Below, in pieces: positions 63,401-64,000 of a DNA stretch of 64,000 nucleotides; position 1 is the stretch's first letter, and the number at the start of each line of letters is the position of its first letter. This DNA comes from Malacoraja senta (lineage: Eukaryota), in the NCBI GenBank assembly GCA_038087875.1, contig JAXLNO010000230.1, positions 62,001-126,000 on the forward strand, given 5' to 3'. Position numbers and translations under genes: made by a program. The notes under the pieces were generated by a model. It made no database searches. It was not told the DNA's origin and worked only from the letters and a program-made list of their open reading frames with translations.

Positions 63401-63974
63401 ATATTTAGAAAAGGTAAAGAAGATAAATGAGGAGATGATTAGCTGTACCTATTAGAGATAATGTAATGGTAGCATAGTGGTAGCACAGCCAAAGGCAAGA
63501 TAGACTTCATTAGGATCAATGTAGAAGTGATAAAGGACCGAACATAAGGTCGTCCATGTTTACCAAATAAATGAGCAGAAAATTAGGTGGACAAGTAAAA
63601 GATACAAAGAATGCAAAGATACAAAGAAAGAGACAATCCCCTGAGGGGGGTAGGTCAGAAGTATTGTGTAAAGTGGCCATAATTGGCCAGAAGAGTTGTG
63701 CATGATGGATGAGGAAATGACAAAAAGTTGGCGGATAATTAATGTTGATTTCAAGGGGGGTGAAATATAAGTGTGAAGAAGTCTTGTTGAAGTTCTAAAG
63801 AGTTTTTTTTTGATGCCACAGTTTAGTATATAACATTTTGGATTGCTTTATGTCAATGTGCCTAATATTAAGAAGAAACAAGAGATCTGAACTGAACTGA
63901 ACTTTATTTATAGAGCACTTTAAAAACAACCACTGTTGCAACAGTGCTGTACATGACTTAATAAACATAAAATA

Positions 63975-64000
63975 GGTATGTTACAAAACTTACCTTCAAT
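63975..64000. mobile_element. Terminus of a second copy of the 52723-53765 transposon family (opposite orientation)
   Basis: TAGGTATGTTACAAAACTTACCTTCA is the exact reverse complement of 53740-53765. Confidence 0.8.

Overview
Vertebrate genomic DNA. The repeat content (HE1-like V-SINEs, CR1/HER1-type LINEs, abundant Penelope derivatives) suggests a cartilaginous fish, probably a skate or ray; this is an inference. The window lies inside a + strand histone demethylase gene, best matching KDM4C. Six internal coding exons (176, 115, 194, 50, 104 and 138 nt, all GT-AG, phases compatible) encode the end of JmjN and the JmjC catalytic domain, with Fe(II) ligands HxE...H intact. The rest is intron, densely filled with decayed and nested transposons: CR1, Rex1/Babar, L1, an RTE 5' UTR, Penelope, Gypsy, a solo LTR, Tc1, mariner/pogo, several hAT types, Harbinger MITEs, Helitron-like elements and SINEs. 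Nearly all other ORFs in the track are TE remnants or low-complexity artefacts. I found no convincing new protein-coding system. The most notable observations are: (1) many Penelope-terminus copies carrying a minimal hammerhead-ribozyme core, often arranged as fold-backs; (2) a rearranged Gypsy insertion with one precise LTR end, an internal inversion and a ~216-bp host duplication; (3) a non-tRNA SINE-like family with a shared head and hairpin but swapped LINE tails; (4) a locally templated 252-bp inverted insertion; (5) long hairpins inside nested DNA transposons. All identifications were made by eye with no database searches, and TE boundaries without TSD/TIR support are approximate.
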